Positions 14,916 to 24,603 of a stretch of DNA of 34,289 nucleotides are shown piece after piece. The translations under genes and the position numbers were made by a program. Every line of letters begins with the position of its first letter. Position 1 is the first letter of the stretch. The DNA is from a virus (Duplodnaviria; Caudoviricetes), in the IMG/VR virus record IMGVR_UViG_3300020045_004723, positions 1 through 34,289 of that record; one strand, given 5' to 3'. The notes beneath the pieces were generated by a model that was given only the letters and a program-made list of their open reading frames with translations, did not search any database and was not told the origin of the DNA.

Positions 14916-16933
14916 TATGATTTACGAGCCACTTTCCTTTCGAAGTCTTTAAGCTTAAAGTACAGACGATCAATACCTACCCCCAATTCACCTTGCAAAT
15001 TGATCTCTTGCGATCCACCCATTCCCGCCAACATATCCATAGAACGGTTATTTGTATAAACACTTGATCCCGTAGGTAAGTTGACCAACTCTGGCCCACG
15101 TTCACCAACTAACGCAATACCAGCAGAAAGGTTATTTCCACCTGTAGCAAAGCCTCTAACTTGATTTACACCGTTTCCAGAAGATCCGTTTGAACTGCTA
15201 CGCCCTGCGTTTTTAGCAAACCCACCAGCAACAGATAAGCCTGCGCCAATAGCGATTAAGCCCGTTCCTTCTGCTACTAACTTACCTCCAAAAGGTGTAG
15301 CCAAAATACCAGCGGCAACCTTTGCGGCACCCAATGTTATTAACTGTTGTCCTAATGCAGTCATAATACCGCCAACCAAAGATTTTAACACCTCGCCAGC
15401 AGCCCCCAGAGCATCTCCCCCACTTGCTATCGCTTGCCCCATAGCTTCAAAAGATGAGGCTAAAGAAGAAGATAAAAGGTCTATTACATTTGGCAAGGAA
15501 AATAAATCATTAATTGCTTTTTTTGCTCCCTCTCCGATAGCTTCTATTTGAGATTGTATTCGTAGGCTTTCTATCTGTTCTTTGAGCTTTGTCGGATCGA
15601 AGTCTGGCAAAGTAATAGGTACTTTATCGCCTACTATCTTTACTCCCTCTGTTGGTGCTTTAATTGTTAATGCTCCAGACGCATTTGCAGCAGAAACCTT
15701 TTTAAATAAATCTTCAAATATCTTTTTAGGATTATCTGGAATCTCTAATTCTGGAGCTTTTATCTTAACTTTAGTTCCCTTGCCCTTGCCAAAATTGGCA
15801 TCTGGCTTGTTTAACTCCTTGTTAAAATTTGTCCTTGCATCTTGAACGGCCTTTATTCCCTCTTGGTAAATATCTCTTATCGCATCCCTTAAGCCTGGTA
15901 CTTTAACATTTTTTAATGTAGCATCACCTTGTTTTTTTAAAGTAGCTAATGCCTTTCCAAAGTCCCCGCTTGATTTTGCTCCCCTTGCAGTTTCAGAGAC
16001 TAATTTATTAACGGTATCGCTTGTAGATTGCAATACGATATTTAGTGTTTCTAATTCCGTTAACGGGCCTTTACCGCCAGAGAAAGCTCTTGCAAATCTT
16101 TGGAATGTATCCTTAAACCCTCCCCCAAGATTATACTTGCTGGCATTCTGTAATTCTTTATTGTATTCGGTAATTGCATTTATCGCACCACCTATAACGT
16201 CGATAGCAGTATTAAAAACGCCCTCGGTATTGCCTCCGACAACGATTAACATTTGATCCCACGAATCTCCTAAGTTGCTTATTTTGCCCCCTAATGTTTC
16301 GCTGATCTTTGCCATTGCACCAGATGTACCCTCGGCATCACCCAAAGAAGTGATATAATTACGTATAGATGCAGAAGTTTTGTCAACCTGCGTTTCAACT
16401 CCTTTATATGTAAAAATAACAGAATCTCCAGCGTCTTTAGCCCTAACTCCAAACTCCTTTAGCCTCTCAAATTCTCCTGTTTGAGCATCTAATATTGCCT
16501 CGGCTAACTGATCGAAAGACTTACCCGTACTAGAAGCTAAATCCCCTAGCTTACGCATTTCATCCCCCGTAGGCTTAAAACCAGAATTAGCTAGCTTTAC
16601 AAATGCCCCCGTTAGCTCGTTAACCCCAAAAGGTGTTTTAGCTGCAAAGTCTTGAAGTTCTTTTAATTTTAGATTAGCTAGGGCAGAACTTCCCAGCGTG
16701 TTGCCTAATACGGCTTGAAATTTTTGATATTCAGCAGTTGCGGCCAATACTTCTTTGCCGAACCCTACTATTGCACTTACGGAGAAAGCCCCTGCTAATG
16801 CGCTTGTAATCCTTGATGAAGTCTTATCTATTGAGCTACCTGTCTGTTCAGTAACAGATGCCGCTTGTCGCATGTTTCTGTTGAACTCGGTTATGCGGGC
16901 TTGAAGTTCTACGGATAATTGAGCATCAGCCAT
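14915..16933 (-). CDS. Tape measure protein
   Basis: 672 aa, Ala/Gly-rich. FAAKTPF, GEFERLKEFG, LGGKISNLGDSW and C-terminal FATGG...ALVGERGPELV. Confidence 0.95.
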   Translation of the reverse strand: MADAQLSVELQARITEFNRNMRQAASVTEQTGSSIDKTSSRITSALAGAFSVSAIVGFGKEVLAATAEYQKFQAVLGNTLGSSALANLKLKELQDFAAKTPFGVNELTGAFVKLANSGFKPTGDEMRKLGDLASSTGKSFDQLAEAILDAQTGEFERLKEFGVRAKDAGDSVIFTYKGVETQVDKTSASIRNYITSLGDAEGTSGAMAKISETLGGKISNLGDSWDQMLIVVGGNTEGVFNTAIDVIGGAINAITEYNKELQNASKYNLGGGFKDTFQRFARAFSGGKGPLTELETLNIVLQSTSDTVNKLVSETARGAKSSGDFGKALATLKKQGDATLKNVKVPGLRDAIRDIYQEGIKAVQDARTNFNKELNKPDANFGKGKGTKVKIKAPELEIPDNPKKIFEDLFKKVSAANASGALTIKAPTEGVKIVGDKVPITLPDFDPTKLKEQIESLRIQSQIEAIGEGAKKAINDLFSLPNVIDLLSSSLASSFEAMGQAIASGGDALGAAGEVLKSLVGGIMTALGQQLITLGAAKVAAGILATPFGGKLVAEGTGLIAIGAGLSVAGGFAKNAGRSSSNGSSGNGVNQVRGFATGGNNLSAGIALVGERGPELVNLPTGSSVYTNNRSMDMLAGMGGSQEINLQGELGVGIDRLYFKLKDFERKVARKS

Positions 16934-17240
16934 TTTTCTTTAGATTTTTGAACTCGTTATTGAATCTTATTATTTCATCTTGGCTTGGCATTAACAGAAT
17001 TGGATCTCCCTCAATTTTCCACCAATCAGTCATTTTAAATGGTGGCTTTTTCGGGTCTTTATATCCGCAAAGTATAATCCATTGTAATTGCCTTTCCTTT
17101 CTTTGCTCGTTAAGCTGCTTCTCCTTATGCCCAATACACATTACGGTATAATCATAAAGCGTTAATGTAAGCCATTCGTTATTCCTAACGCCCAATTCAC
17201 TAAACGCAAAAGCTTTTATGCTTACCCAGTCTGTTGACTT
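16926..17240 (-). CDS. Tail assembly chaperone, -1 frameshift extension (gpT-like)
   Basis: The -1 frame is open from the A9 run (KSTDWVSIKAFAFSELGVRNNEW...) to the stop at 16926; no good ATG start. Confidence 0.85.
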   Translation of the reverse strand, partial: KSTDWVSIKAFAFSELGVRNNEWLTLTLYDYTVMCIGHKEKQLNEQRKERQLQWIILCGYKDPKKPPFKMTDWWKIEGDPILLMPSQDEIIRFNNEFKNLKKNG

Positions 17241-17608
17241 TTTTTTTCCTCTTCAGTCTGAATATTTACACCTAGCCTTTTTGTCATTTCCTCAATCGGC
17301 CTTGATGATTTCCAAACCTCAAATATTTTGGTTTGTAGTTCGCCCCCGTCTAAAAGAATTTCCTCTGTAACCAAATAGGCTGTTTCAAATGACGGGTGTT
17401 GCTTTTCAGCTATGTCAGCATAGTTGCAAAGGCCAGAAAATATGATATAAGCAAAAGACTTTATATCATCCGCTCCCTTATCTCCCCTTTCTTCAACTAA
17501 AAGAAACTCTTTATAGCCTTTCTCTGCAAAAATCTGCGCTGACTTCATCCCAAAATGAAGCGTATAATCCCCAGATGGAACGGTAAATGTAATCCTTCCG
17601 TTACTCAT
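17222..17608 (-). CDS. Tail assembly chaperone (gpG-like)
   Basis: Lies between tail tube and tape measure; ends EEEKKSQQTG over GAA AAA AAA AGT. Confidence 0.88.
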   Translation of the reverse strand: MSNGRITFTVPSGDYTLHFGMKSAQIFAEKGYKEFLLVEERGDKGADDIKSFAYIIFSGLCNYADIAEKQHPSFETAYLVTEEILLDGGELQTKIFEVWKSSRPIEEMTKRLGVNIQTEEEKKSQQTG

Positions 17609-18093
17609 TAAGGCGTAGTATCTAAATCGTCTTGATCGAAAATCTCTCCAATTCCTGTTAATCCTGTGGTAAAAGTAGCAGCAGCATCGGTAGGGAATGA
17701 ATCATTACCGCTATCCATGCGAACAACACCATAGCGAGCCGTTTTATTAGCTACGTCATATTGTAAAGCCCAAAATGGATCTCCTGTACGCCAAAGCTTA
17801 AACAATGCGTTATGGCTTTTTAATGTTGCTTCTTCGCCTACCTCAATAGAAACAGAATTTCCAGAAGCGGCCATAGTCCACCCTTTTCTGCCGCCGATAG
17901 ATGTAGCATAAACGCCAGAGCATTTTGAATCTGTTGCGATTGCATTAGTGGTATAATCTACGCTATTTTCAGTTAAACAAGCAACTAAAACAAAGTCTTC
18001 TGGCGTAACTGCCGTGCCAGCGGTTGTAGTCGGTGTAGTTGTATCGATGTACAATAATACCGTGTTACCCAAAAAAGTGTCTTGAACTCCCAT
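17608..18093 (-). CDS. Major tail tube protein
   Basis: 161 aa; VACLT....TDSKC.G....IGG.K.W...ATFT..LTG.G pattern; position. Confidence 0.9.
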   Translation of the reverse strand: MGVQDTFLGNTVLLYIDTTTPTTTAGTAVTPEDFVLVACLTENSVDYTTNAIATDSKCSGVYATSIGGRKGWTMAASGNSVSIEVGEEATLKSHNALFKLWRTGDPFWALQYDVANKTARYGVVRMDSGNDSFPTDAAATFTTGLTGIGEIFDQDDLDTTP

Positions 18094-18151
18094 TTGATTT
18101 ATATTTTTATGCTAAGTTAATTATTAAGTTTGATTGTAGCAACATTGTTAC

Positions 18152-18406
18152 TTATTTTTCTTCTCTTGGCTTTCCACCCACAGTTTTCTTTTCCAATCTA
18201 TTCGCATTCTTACGTTTACGCAATTTGGTATCGGGTACGGGAATAGCTTCTCCGCTTGCTGTTGTAGTGTCATTGTTTATTTCGATTAATCCTACGCCTT
18301 TAAGAAATGGCACCATTGTACTTAATACCTCGTACTCCTTACCTTTTTTGTATTCATCGTAATTGGTTACGAATTTTACATTTGTTGTTTTTGCTGACTT
18401 ACCCAT
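18152..18406 (-). CDS. Small basic virion-morphogenesis-region protein, paralogous to 20042..20212
   Basis: VKF...D.Y.KG......L...G..E plus a Lys-rich tail. Confidence 0.8.
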   Translation of the reverse strand: MGKSAKTTNVKFVTNYDEYKKGKEYEVLSTMVPFLKGVGLIEINNDTTTASGEAIPVPDTKLRKRKNANRLEKKTVGGKPREEK

Positions 18407-18816
18407 TACGATTCATTTAGTATTATCCTATATCTGATTAACTGTCTAAAGATGTTCATTGTATCGGTTATGTTATCTAAAGATGTGCTTGATTCTAATA
18501 CTACCTTAAATATTCTAAACCCATCAACTGTAAATGCTTGCATATTAGTTAAAACATATTCTTCCAAATCGTTTACAGCAACTCTATCGCCCGGATTGCC
18601 GTTTCCGGTATAGCGAGTATTCAAATCCAATAATATTGTGCAATCCCATTGACCAGCACATTTGTTATTCTGATTATCTAATTTGGTCTGTGTAGAAAGC
18701 AAAATATAAGATTGAGGAATAGTATTACCAGGTACGCGAATATCATAAACTTTATGAGTGTTACCCAAAGCAGTTAATATTCCTTTTCTAATCCATTTAT
18801 CGGGATTCTTTGTCAT
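18406..18816 (-). CDS. Tail terminator / tail completion protein
   Basis: Position after the HK97-gp10-like gene; VYD..VP....P..YILL motif. Confidence 0.82.
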   Translation of the reverse strand: MTKNPDKWIRKGILTALGNTHKVYDIRVPGNTIPQSYILLSTQTKLDNQNNKCAGQWDCTILLDLNTRYTGNGNPGDRVAVNDLEEYVLTNMQAFTVDGFRIFKVVLESSTSLDNITDTMNIFRQLIRYRIILNES

Positions 18817-19232
18817 CGTAATAATGTATTCAATTTACGTTTTAAAGTATCAATTAATTTTTGCCTGTTCTCTACAAAAGCAGGATATAAAAAAGGTTGT
18901 GGTCTAAGGTTTATTTGTTTAACTCCTGCACCTTTATAGTAATTTGCTAACTCTTGCATTTCTGGCGGCACATTAACCAACCCACCCGTTCCAAACTCCT
19001 GATAAGCCGCATAGCTAACGTTTACGCTAATTAATGCGCCTAAACCGCCATTTGTTTTACTGTAGTTAATTGATCGCCTTAATGTTCCTAAATCTACAGG
19101 CGCAAGGGATTTAGCTTTTAACTCTATTTCTCTACCGCTTGCTTCAATTTCATCTTTTATGAACTGCTCCATATTAGCCCCCGCTCTCGAAAGAGCAACA
19201 GTTAATTCCTGAAAAGTCATGTTCCTAGCCAT
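18813..19232 (-). CDS. HK97 gp10-family neck protein
   Basis: AK.LAPVDLG.LRRSI, YAAYQEFGT and PQPFLYPAF. Confidence 0.93.
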   Translation of the reverse strand: MARNMTFQELTVALSRAGANMEQFIKDEIEASGREIELKAKSLAPVDLGTLRRSINYSKTNGGLGALISVNVSYAAYQEFGTGGLVNVPPEMQELANYYKGAGVKQINLRPQPFLYPAFVENRQKLIDTLKRKLNTLLR

Positions 19233-19572
19233 TAGCTAATTCGGGTTCTACTTGTTGACAAAATATTTCCATTTCTAAATCAGCAACGCCAATATTACGA
19301 ACGCCTTTAATAATATATTTTAAGCCTTTATATTCAACATGCAAAGTACGACCTTGATATTTAAAATCATTACGGTATCTGCATCTGAATAATACAGGAT
19401 TTTCAAATGTATCAATTCCGAAATCAGTTGCTTTATAGCCTACTCCGTTGGTTTCTATTTCAGCCCATGAAGTAAATAATAATTCAGTCGTTTGAGTACT
19501 ACCCCCAAAATCATTAGGAATCAGAGTAGTTTCAAAAACCTGTATGCGTTTATTATATTTTCGGGCTATCAT
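19225..19572 (-). CDS. Head closure / head-tail joining protein (SPP1 gp16-like)
   Basis: RI.......NDFGG........WA.I...FRCRYR....Y.G..Y.I pattern; position. Confidence 0.9.
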   Translation of the reverse strand: MIARKYNKRIQVFETTLIPNDFGGSTQTTELLFTSWAEIETNGVGYKATDFGIDTFENPVLFRCRYRNDFKYQGRTLHVEYKGLKYIIKGVRNIGVADLEMEIFCQQVEPELANG

Positions 19573-20042
19573 TATACGAACCTACGATATGTGTCTAAAA
19601 CTTGTGTTACGCTAATTGGAATTAAAGTTGAGTTAACTTGCTTTTCGCTTTCGTAATACCAAACCTTAATCATCTGTAAAGCGGCCTGTATAAAATCATC
19701 TGGCACTTGATCTACTTCTTCATAACCAGCTTTATAAGTAGTCAATACAGGTGTTCTGTGCTCGCTACAATAATAATCCATATTACGCTGATAGTAATTA
19801 TTCCAATCATCTTCAGGAACACCCGATATTTCGGTAATAGGATAGTTATAAATATTAGGTGGCACTAATTGCTTAAACTCCCGATTGATAAATATATGAT
19901 TCGTGTAACGTTCCATAAATAAGAACGCTGCCTTAATCATAGATGTAATTTCTGCGTCATCCTCATTCATGCCGTCATCTACACGTAAATAGATTCTAGC
20001 ACGTTCTAAGCTGATTATATCGGTATATGCTATTATTGGCAT
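19572..20042 (-). CDS. Head-tail connector (HK97 gp6 / SPP1 gp15-like)
   Basis: ISLE.A..YLRVD....DD..I..MI.AA...ERYT and VP.D..QA.L.MI..WY. Confidence 0.92.
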   Translation of the reverse strand: MPIIAYTDIISLERARIYLRVDDGMNEDDAEITSMIKAAFLFMERYTNHIFINREFKQLVPPNIYNYPITEISGVPEDDWNNYYQRNMDYYCSEHRTPVLTTYKAGYEEVDQVPDDFIQAALQMIKVWYYESEKQVNSTLIPISVTQVLDTYRRFV

Positions 20043-20212
20043 TACTTTTTATCTAAATCGGGTTCAATTACTTTCTTTTCTTTTTTAGGCTTAATCTCTT
20101 TTGATTCTTCAGCAACTAAACACCTAACAAGATAATTTGCTAACCCTTCTGGCAAATCCTCGGTATCGCCTTTAGAATAAACATCGTGTGGTTTTAAGAA
20201 TTTAACTTTCAT
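20042..20212 (-). CDS. Small basic protein after the capsid gene (56 aa), not in the ORF track
   Basis: MKVKFLKPHDVYSKGDTEDLPEGLANYLVRCLVAEESKEIKPKKEKKVIEPDLDKK; TAATG coupling. Confidence 0.85.
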   Translation of the reverse strand: MKVKFLKPHDVYSKGDTEDLPEGLANYLVRCLVAEESKEIKPKKEKKVIEPDLDKK

Positions 20213-20226
20213 AAGTGTAAATATAT

Positions 20227-20259
20227 AAAAAAAGCGTTACAAATTAATGCAACGCTTTT
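20227..20259 (-). terminator. Intrinsic terminator after the major capsid gene
   Basis: AAAAGCGTTGCA-TTAATT-TGTAACGCTTTTTTT. Confidence 0.85.
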
Positions 20260-20278
20260 AAGTTAATTATTTTGAATA

Positions 20279-21496
20279 TTATGCACTAGCTAATTGGCCA
20301 CTGACTACGGCTTGATTGTTGAAAATAGCCAAAGTTACTCTTTCCTCAATACGGAACATAACTCTGTTTTTCTTAGCTAAAACAGCATCTTCAAACATCC
20401 TAATCTCTGGAGCTAAACGGTTAACCAACAAAGTAGCGTTTCTATCAAACACTAAGAAGTTTCCTGTTCCTACTTGTGTAGTAGGCGCAACTGTTAATCC
20501 ACCAACCTGTAAACGTCCGTTAGTGAAAGCAACAGATCCATTTGGCAAATCGTATTCGCCAGAACCACTTGCTTTGTTCAATCCTACAGCGACAGCATCA
20601 CGAGGTGTTAATATAGCGGTAGTAGGGTTGTAGAACTCGAAAGTATCTTCAACAATTTGGCCCCAACCAGCATCGATGATTCTATCTACTGCAGCAGTAT
20701 AAGTTCCATCGTAAGGAGTAGCAACATCTAATAAGCCTTGTACAGGGTTTGTATCAGTTGTACCGTTTAAAATGAAATTGTTTTCTGCTGTTTTCAAGCT
20801 GATAAGCATTTTAGTTTGCAAATAGCTAGTTAAGAAAGGAATATCGTCCAACATTTCACGATCTACTTCAACCCATCCGGCAATCCATTTAAAGAAAGCA
20901 GATTGAGAAGTTAAATCGAAATCCATTTGGGCTTTGTTCGCTGTTCTATCAGTCCAAACTGCAGCAGCACCTTCACCACCATTTTCTTTTGGATAAATGA
21001 TTGAGTTAGCATTTGAAGTTCCTTGTGGTAACAAATCTGCCAACCAAACACGATTATAAGGCGTTTCTATTAGGTTGTTACGAACTTCCTGAATGAAAGG
21101 GGTTGCACCAGGAAAGTTAGCGGCAATTGACATATCACCAACAGCTTTCATTTCCATGCGTAATTCAGGCGCACCTTTTTGAGAGTGCATTTTGATTTTT
21201 TCGGCATTCTCAACTAAAGCATCCGCTAAGTGTTGATTGAAAGTTTTAACTTCCAATTTACCTTCTTTTGCTTTTGCTTCCTGTAAACGAACATCAAGTT
21301 TATCTAAGTGATCTTGCATCGCTTTAGATTTTTCTTGGAAATCGTCTTTAATAGTTTTTAATTCAGCATCGTAAACACCTTTTGCTTTAGTTTCAAAAGC
21401 ATCAATAGCAGACTGAATATCTACTTTAGATTTTGTTTCGAAGTTTACGGTTAAATCAGCTTTTAACTGATCCAATTCTTTTTTTAAATCTTCCAT
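20279..21496 (-). CDS. Major capsid protein, HK97 fold, with N-terminal coiled-coil delta domain
   Basis: 405 aa after the protease. IAGWVEV.REMLDD...L.SYL...ILNG and F..N.V.FRIEERV.L. Confidence 0.96.
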   Translation of the reverse strand: MEDLKKELDQLKADLTVNFETKSKVDIQSAIDAFETKAKGVYDAELKTIKDDFQEKSKAMQDHLDKLDVRLQEAKAKEGKLEVKTFNQHLADALVENAEKIKMHSQKGAPELRMEMKAVGDMSIAANFPGATPFIQEVRNNLIETPYNRVWLADLLPQGTSNANSIIYPKENGGEGAAAVWTDRTANKAQMDFDLTSQSAFFKWIAGWVEVDREMLDDIPFLTSYLQTKMLISLKTAENNFILNGTTDTNPVQGLLDVATPYDGTYTAAVDRIIDAGWGQIVEDTFEFYNPTTAILTPRDAVAVGLNKASGSGEYDLPNGSVAFTNGRLQVGGLTVAPTTQVGTGNFLVFDRNATLLVNRLAPEIRMFEDAVLAKKNRVMFRIEERVTLAIFNNQAVVSGQLASA

Positions 21497-21499
21497 GAT

Positions 21500-22201
21500 T
21501 TAATTTGTAGTTAATGAGTTTCTAAATGATTTAATTATCTCGATTTGGTTTATCGGCTCATTAACTAGAGTGTCATCATCTGACGGCTCTTCGAGTGATT
21601 TTTTACCAAGTTCAAATGAGTATGATTGTAATTGTTTTAATGCTAATTCCAATTGGATAAAGCTTTCGTCGGTAATATTACCATTACGAATAAAAGACAT
21701 TATTTTAGTGATCTTATTATTGCAGTCCGGCAACGATAAAGATTTAAAACCGCTAAACTTAGCGTTAGGATTCATGGCAACAGTTACGTTACTGCCTTCG
21801 CCTAACTTTAATTCTTTTAAATATCTAACACCTGATTTTACTTCTTTCTTAACAGCGTTATAACCGATTGACTGTTGATCTATTACACCAGCTTCATACA
21901 AACGCAAAACATCTTCTGAATACGAAACGCCCGACACCATTTTAACCTCAAAATACAATCCAGTTTCATCTTCTTTGATTACACTGAATTTATTATGTGG
22001 CCTTTTCCAGTCGTGTTGATCTAAGAAACGAAGGTTATTAATATTATCCTGTAAGGTTTTAGTAAACGCTCCTTTCTCAATAACATCGTTTCCGTAGTCG
22101 ATTGATCCAAAATGAGCAAGGTAGCCCGTAATAGTTCTATCAGCAAAGGAAACATCCTTTACGCTGCCGATATTATCTTTTTCTTCGTATAACCCTGTCA
22201 T
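21500..22201 (-). CDS. HK97-family prohead protease
   Basis: ITGY.A.FG..D...DVIEKGAF.KTL, FLDQHD, ED..GLYF, SIGY and ELKL.EGS.VT.AMNP.A. Confidence 0.95.
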   Translation of the reverse strand: MTGLYEEKDNIGSVKDVSFADRTITGYLAHFGSIDYGNDVIEKGAFTKTLQDNINNLRFLDQHDWKRPHNKFSVIKEDETGLYFEVKMVSGVSYSEDVLRLYEAGVIDQQSIGYNAVKKEVKSGVRYLKELKLGEGSNVTVAMNPNAKFSGFKSLSLPDCNNKITKIMSFIRNGNITDESFIQLELALKQLQSYSFELGKKSLEEPSDDDTLVNEPINQIEIIKSFRNSLTTN

Positions 22202-22217
22202 TGTAATATTTTAGATA

Positions 22218-22246
22218 CAAATATAACAAAATATCATAAATACAAA
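22218..22246 (-). promoter_or_regulatory. Putative promoter for the protease-capsid genes
   Basis: TTTG-N17-TATATTTG, 16 nt upstream of the ATG. Confidence 0.65.
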
Positions 22247-22298
22247 TATTTATTTTACTTTTACAATTGAGAGATTCATAATAAGTTTAGGTTTTGTT

Positions 22299-22332
22299 AG
22301 CCGATAGGAGTTGTTAACCTGTCGGCTTTTTT
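22299..22332 (+). terminator. Intrinsic terminator oriented on the plus (antisense) strand
   Basis: AGCCGATAGG-N9-CCTGTCGGCT-TTTTT; no U-tract in the minus direction. Confidence 0.75.
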
Positions 22333-22333
22333 G

Positions 22334-23143
22334 TTACCTCCTAATCACAAAACCCCCATTATCTCTTTTAGGGACTAAAGCAACACTACACCTACAATTA
22401 ATGCAATTTCCTGCACTAGAACCTGGAGCGCATGGATAATCAATTTCGTTAACTTCTCCTTTAGTGCTTACCATTCTGAACTTTTCGTATTGCTCTACTT
22501 TAACTCCATTCATGGCAATATGCGACCATTCATCTTTTGGCTTTCTTCTAGTCCTGCTGTCTTTTGTAGAAACCCATTGCTTAACCAATACTATTTCAGA
22601 TGTTTCGCCACTGACTAAGGCTGCATGGTTAGCTGCATTTGTAGTTTCGGTTATAACGATTCGTAATACTTCATATCTACTCAATCCAACATCTATTCTA
22701 TCCCTTATAAACTTTTGCATTTGCTCTAAAGTGAGATTATCAGCTAAAGCTTTTTCAACTAATGAAATTAAAGTTTTAGATATTGTATTAGTAACAGATA
22801 CAATTCTTAGTCCGCAATTTTCTCGAACCCAATCAATAATATTATTTTGGAATACGGCATTAAACAAAGGCTTTAAGAAATTCTTTACATCCCGGTTAAT
22901 TCCCCGACCAATTCTATTGCCATGAATTAATCCTATCGTTTCGTAAATATCGAAATAAGCCTTTTCAATCTTTGAAGATTGAATATTCAATGGAATAACA
23001 GCCTTGTAATTAGTGTAGTTTAAATTATCTAATGGTATTCGATTAGCAGTTTCGATAATAGCTTGCTTCATAACCTTAAAAGCCATCGTTTCATATTGCC
23101 TATGCCAGCGTAACCATATAGTTAAGTATTGTTCTTCATTCAT
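22334..23143 (-). CDS. Head morphogenesis protein (SPP1 gp7 / MuF family)
   Basis: RIV.TET..A.N, KQW.ST.D.RTR..H and INCRC. Confidence 0.93.
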   Translation of the reverse strand: MNEEQYLTIWLRWHRQYETMAFKVMKQAIIETANRIPLDNLNYTNYKAVIPLNIQSSKIEKAYFDIYETIGLIHGNRIGRGINRDVKNFLKPLFNAVFQNNIIDWVRENCGLRIVSVTNTISKTLISLVEKALADNLTLEQMQKFIRDRIDVGLSRYEVLRIVITETTNAANHAALVSGETSEIVLVKQWVSTKDSRTRRKPKDEWSHIAMNGVKVEQYEKFRMVSTKGEVNEIDYPCAPGSSAGNCINCRCSVALVPKRDNGGFVIRR

Positions 23144-24546
23144 TACTCTAAACCTAAATTTGGAATAATAGCATCACTAAGTGGAATTAAACCCTGTTCA
23201 ATAAAAAACGTATTCATTTCAGGCGTATCAATATCGCTATAGCGTAATGCAACTCTTACCTCTCTTGGATTTACAGCCCCCGTTTTTAAAGCTAAAGTAA
23301 GCCATTCTACAAGCGACTTCATATCTGGCTGCATTTCCGGTAATTCAGAAATATCGAATGTTAAATGCACTTTACCTAAATCTTTGAATAAAGGGTAGTA
23401 ACGATCATTCAGTCCATCCTCATAAATCTTTAGATCTGGAGCAATTCGGTTTGATATCGACATTTTCCAGGCTCCGTTAAGGTTATCGTATTTTGCGCCC
23501 TCGTCATTGTTCAATAACTTATCAGACCATCCAAGATTATTACAAATAGCTTTCTGGCTTGATTTAAGATAATCGAAAGGCATCAACTTGTCAGTATCTA
23601 CACTTATTTGCGTAAAACCTAATGGTGCAGATGCTCCAGCAATACGGCCTAAACTTTCCTCGCTTGCCCTCATTTCGATAAGGCGTGACTTCAGGTCGTT
23701 CGCTTGATCTGGCGTTAATGGAGTTTGCCCGTCCTTAGCGTGAATAAACCCGTAAGAACCGCCCGACTTCATAGACTTAGCAGAATTGTCCTTAGTTACG
23801 TTTTGGATCTGCATATCAATAAGAACAGACCTCAAAGGGCTTTGTCCATAAAGATGCGATCCCTGTAGATCGTAATTAGGATTTGGAAATTTAGAGTGTA
23901 TAATATCTTCAGCTTCAAATCGAATAAAGCTACTTCCAAAGGTTAAAATGTAATGGCTAATCGGACTATCCAAAGTTTCAAGGCTTGCGTTCTCTTTTAA
24001 CACAATTTGAACCATGTGAGATGGCAAAAGGAAACGAGCGATAGGCTTCCCGGTATTTGGACCATCCTTCACCCGTAACATCCATTGGTAAGCGTTACCC
24101 GTTAACAGCATGAATGTTTCCCAAAGCTCCTTGTATTCTGTTTCTGATTGATACCAATTAGGCCTACTAATTGGATCATCAATTTCCTCATTATCTAGTG
24201 CTTTAGTTTGAAGTAATTGCTTTTTGGTATATTCTTGTGGGCTAAGCGACTTTGTATATAATTTCTGATACGACTTTAACGACTTCTTATCCTTAACCTC
24301 ATTCAATATACCTGGCACACTTGCGAACTTCCTTGCTATCTGGCTAACTACAGAGTAAACATCGCTGTTTTCGTTATAACCCTTATCGATATAGGTTTGC
24401 GCCTTACTGTCATACCTAGTCAATCCAGCACCAACATAAGCAAAGAAAGCCTGATTAAAAACGTTTGTCAACGCCTCCGATGTGCTGCGTTTTGGTATAA
24501 TAGCCAAAGCCAATGAAGTTCGCAACGTGTTAAAGTTTAATGCCAT
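23143..24546 (-). CDS. Portal protein (HK97 family)
   Basis: VYS.V..IA...A.VP, LLTGNAY, IIH.K.PNP..G.SPL and N..E.R..L. ATG at 24546 is preferred. Confidence 0.95.
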   Translation of the reverse strand: MALNFNTLRTSLALAIIPKRSTSEALTNVFNQAFFAYVGAGLTRYDSKAQTYIDKGYNENSDVYSVVSQIARKFASVPGILNEVKDKKSLKSYQKLYTKSLSPQEYTKKQLLQTKALDNEEIDDPISRPNWYQSETEYKELWETFMLLTGNAYQWMLRVKDGPNTGKPIARFLLPSHMVQIVLKENASLETLDSPISHYILTFGSSFIRFEAEDIIHSKFPNPNYDLQGSHLYGQSPLRSVLIDMQIQNVTKDNSAKSMKSGGSYGFIHAKDGQTPLTPDQANDLKSRLIEMRASEESLGRIAGASAPLGFTQISVDTDKLMPFDYLKSSQKAICNNLGWSDKLLNNDEGAKYDNLNGAWKMSISNRIAPDLKIYEDGLNDRYYPLFKDLGKVHLTFDISELPEMQPDMKSLVEWLTLALKTGAVNPREVRVALRYSDIDTPEMNTFFIEQGLIPLSDAIIPNLGLE

Positions 24547-24555
24547 AATTGATAC

Positions 24556-24591
24556 CAAAGATATGTAATTGGATTGTTACAATCAAATATA
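24556..24591 (-). promoter_or_regulatory. Tandem -7 boxes upstream of the portal flanking an ATTGT(T/A)ACAAT palindrome
   Basis: TATATTTG (24591-24584), palindrome at 24573-24583, TATCTTTG (24563-24556). Confidence 0.6.
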
Positions 24592-24603
24592 GCGTTTTGT
24601 AGT

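Noticed and set aside
22334-23143. MuF polymorphic toxin
   Set aside because: The protein ends shortly after the CRC motif; there is no toxin extension or immunity gene.
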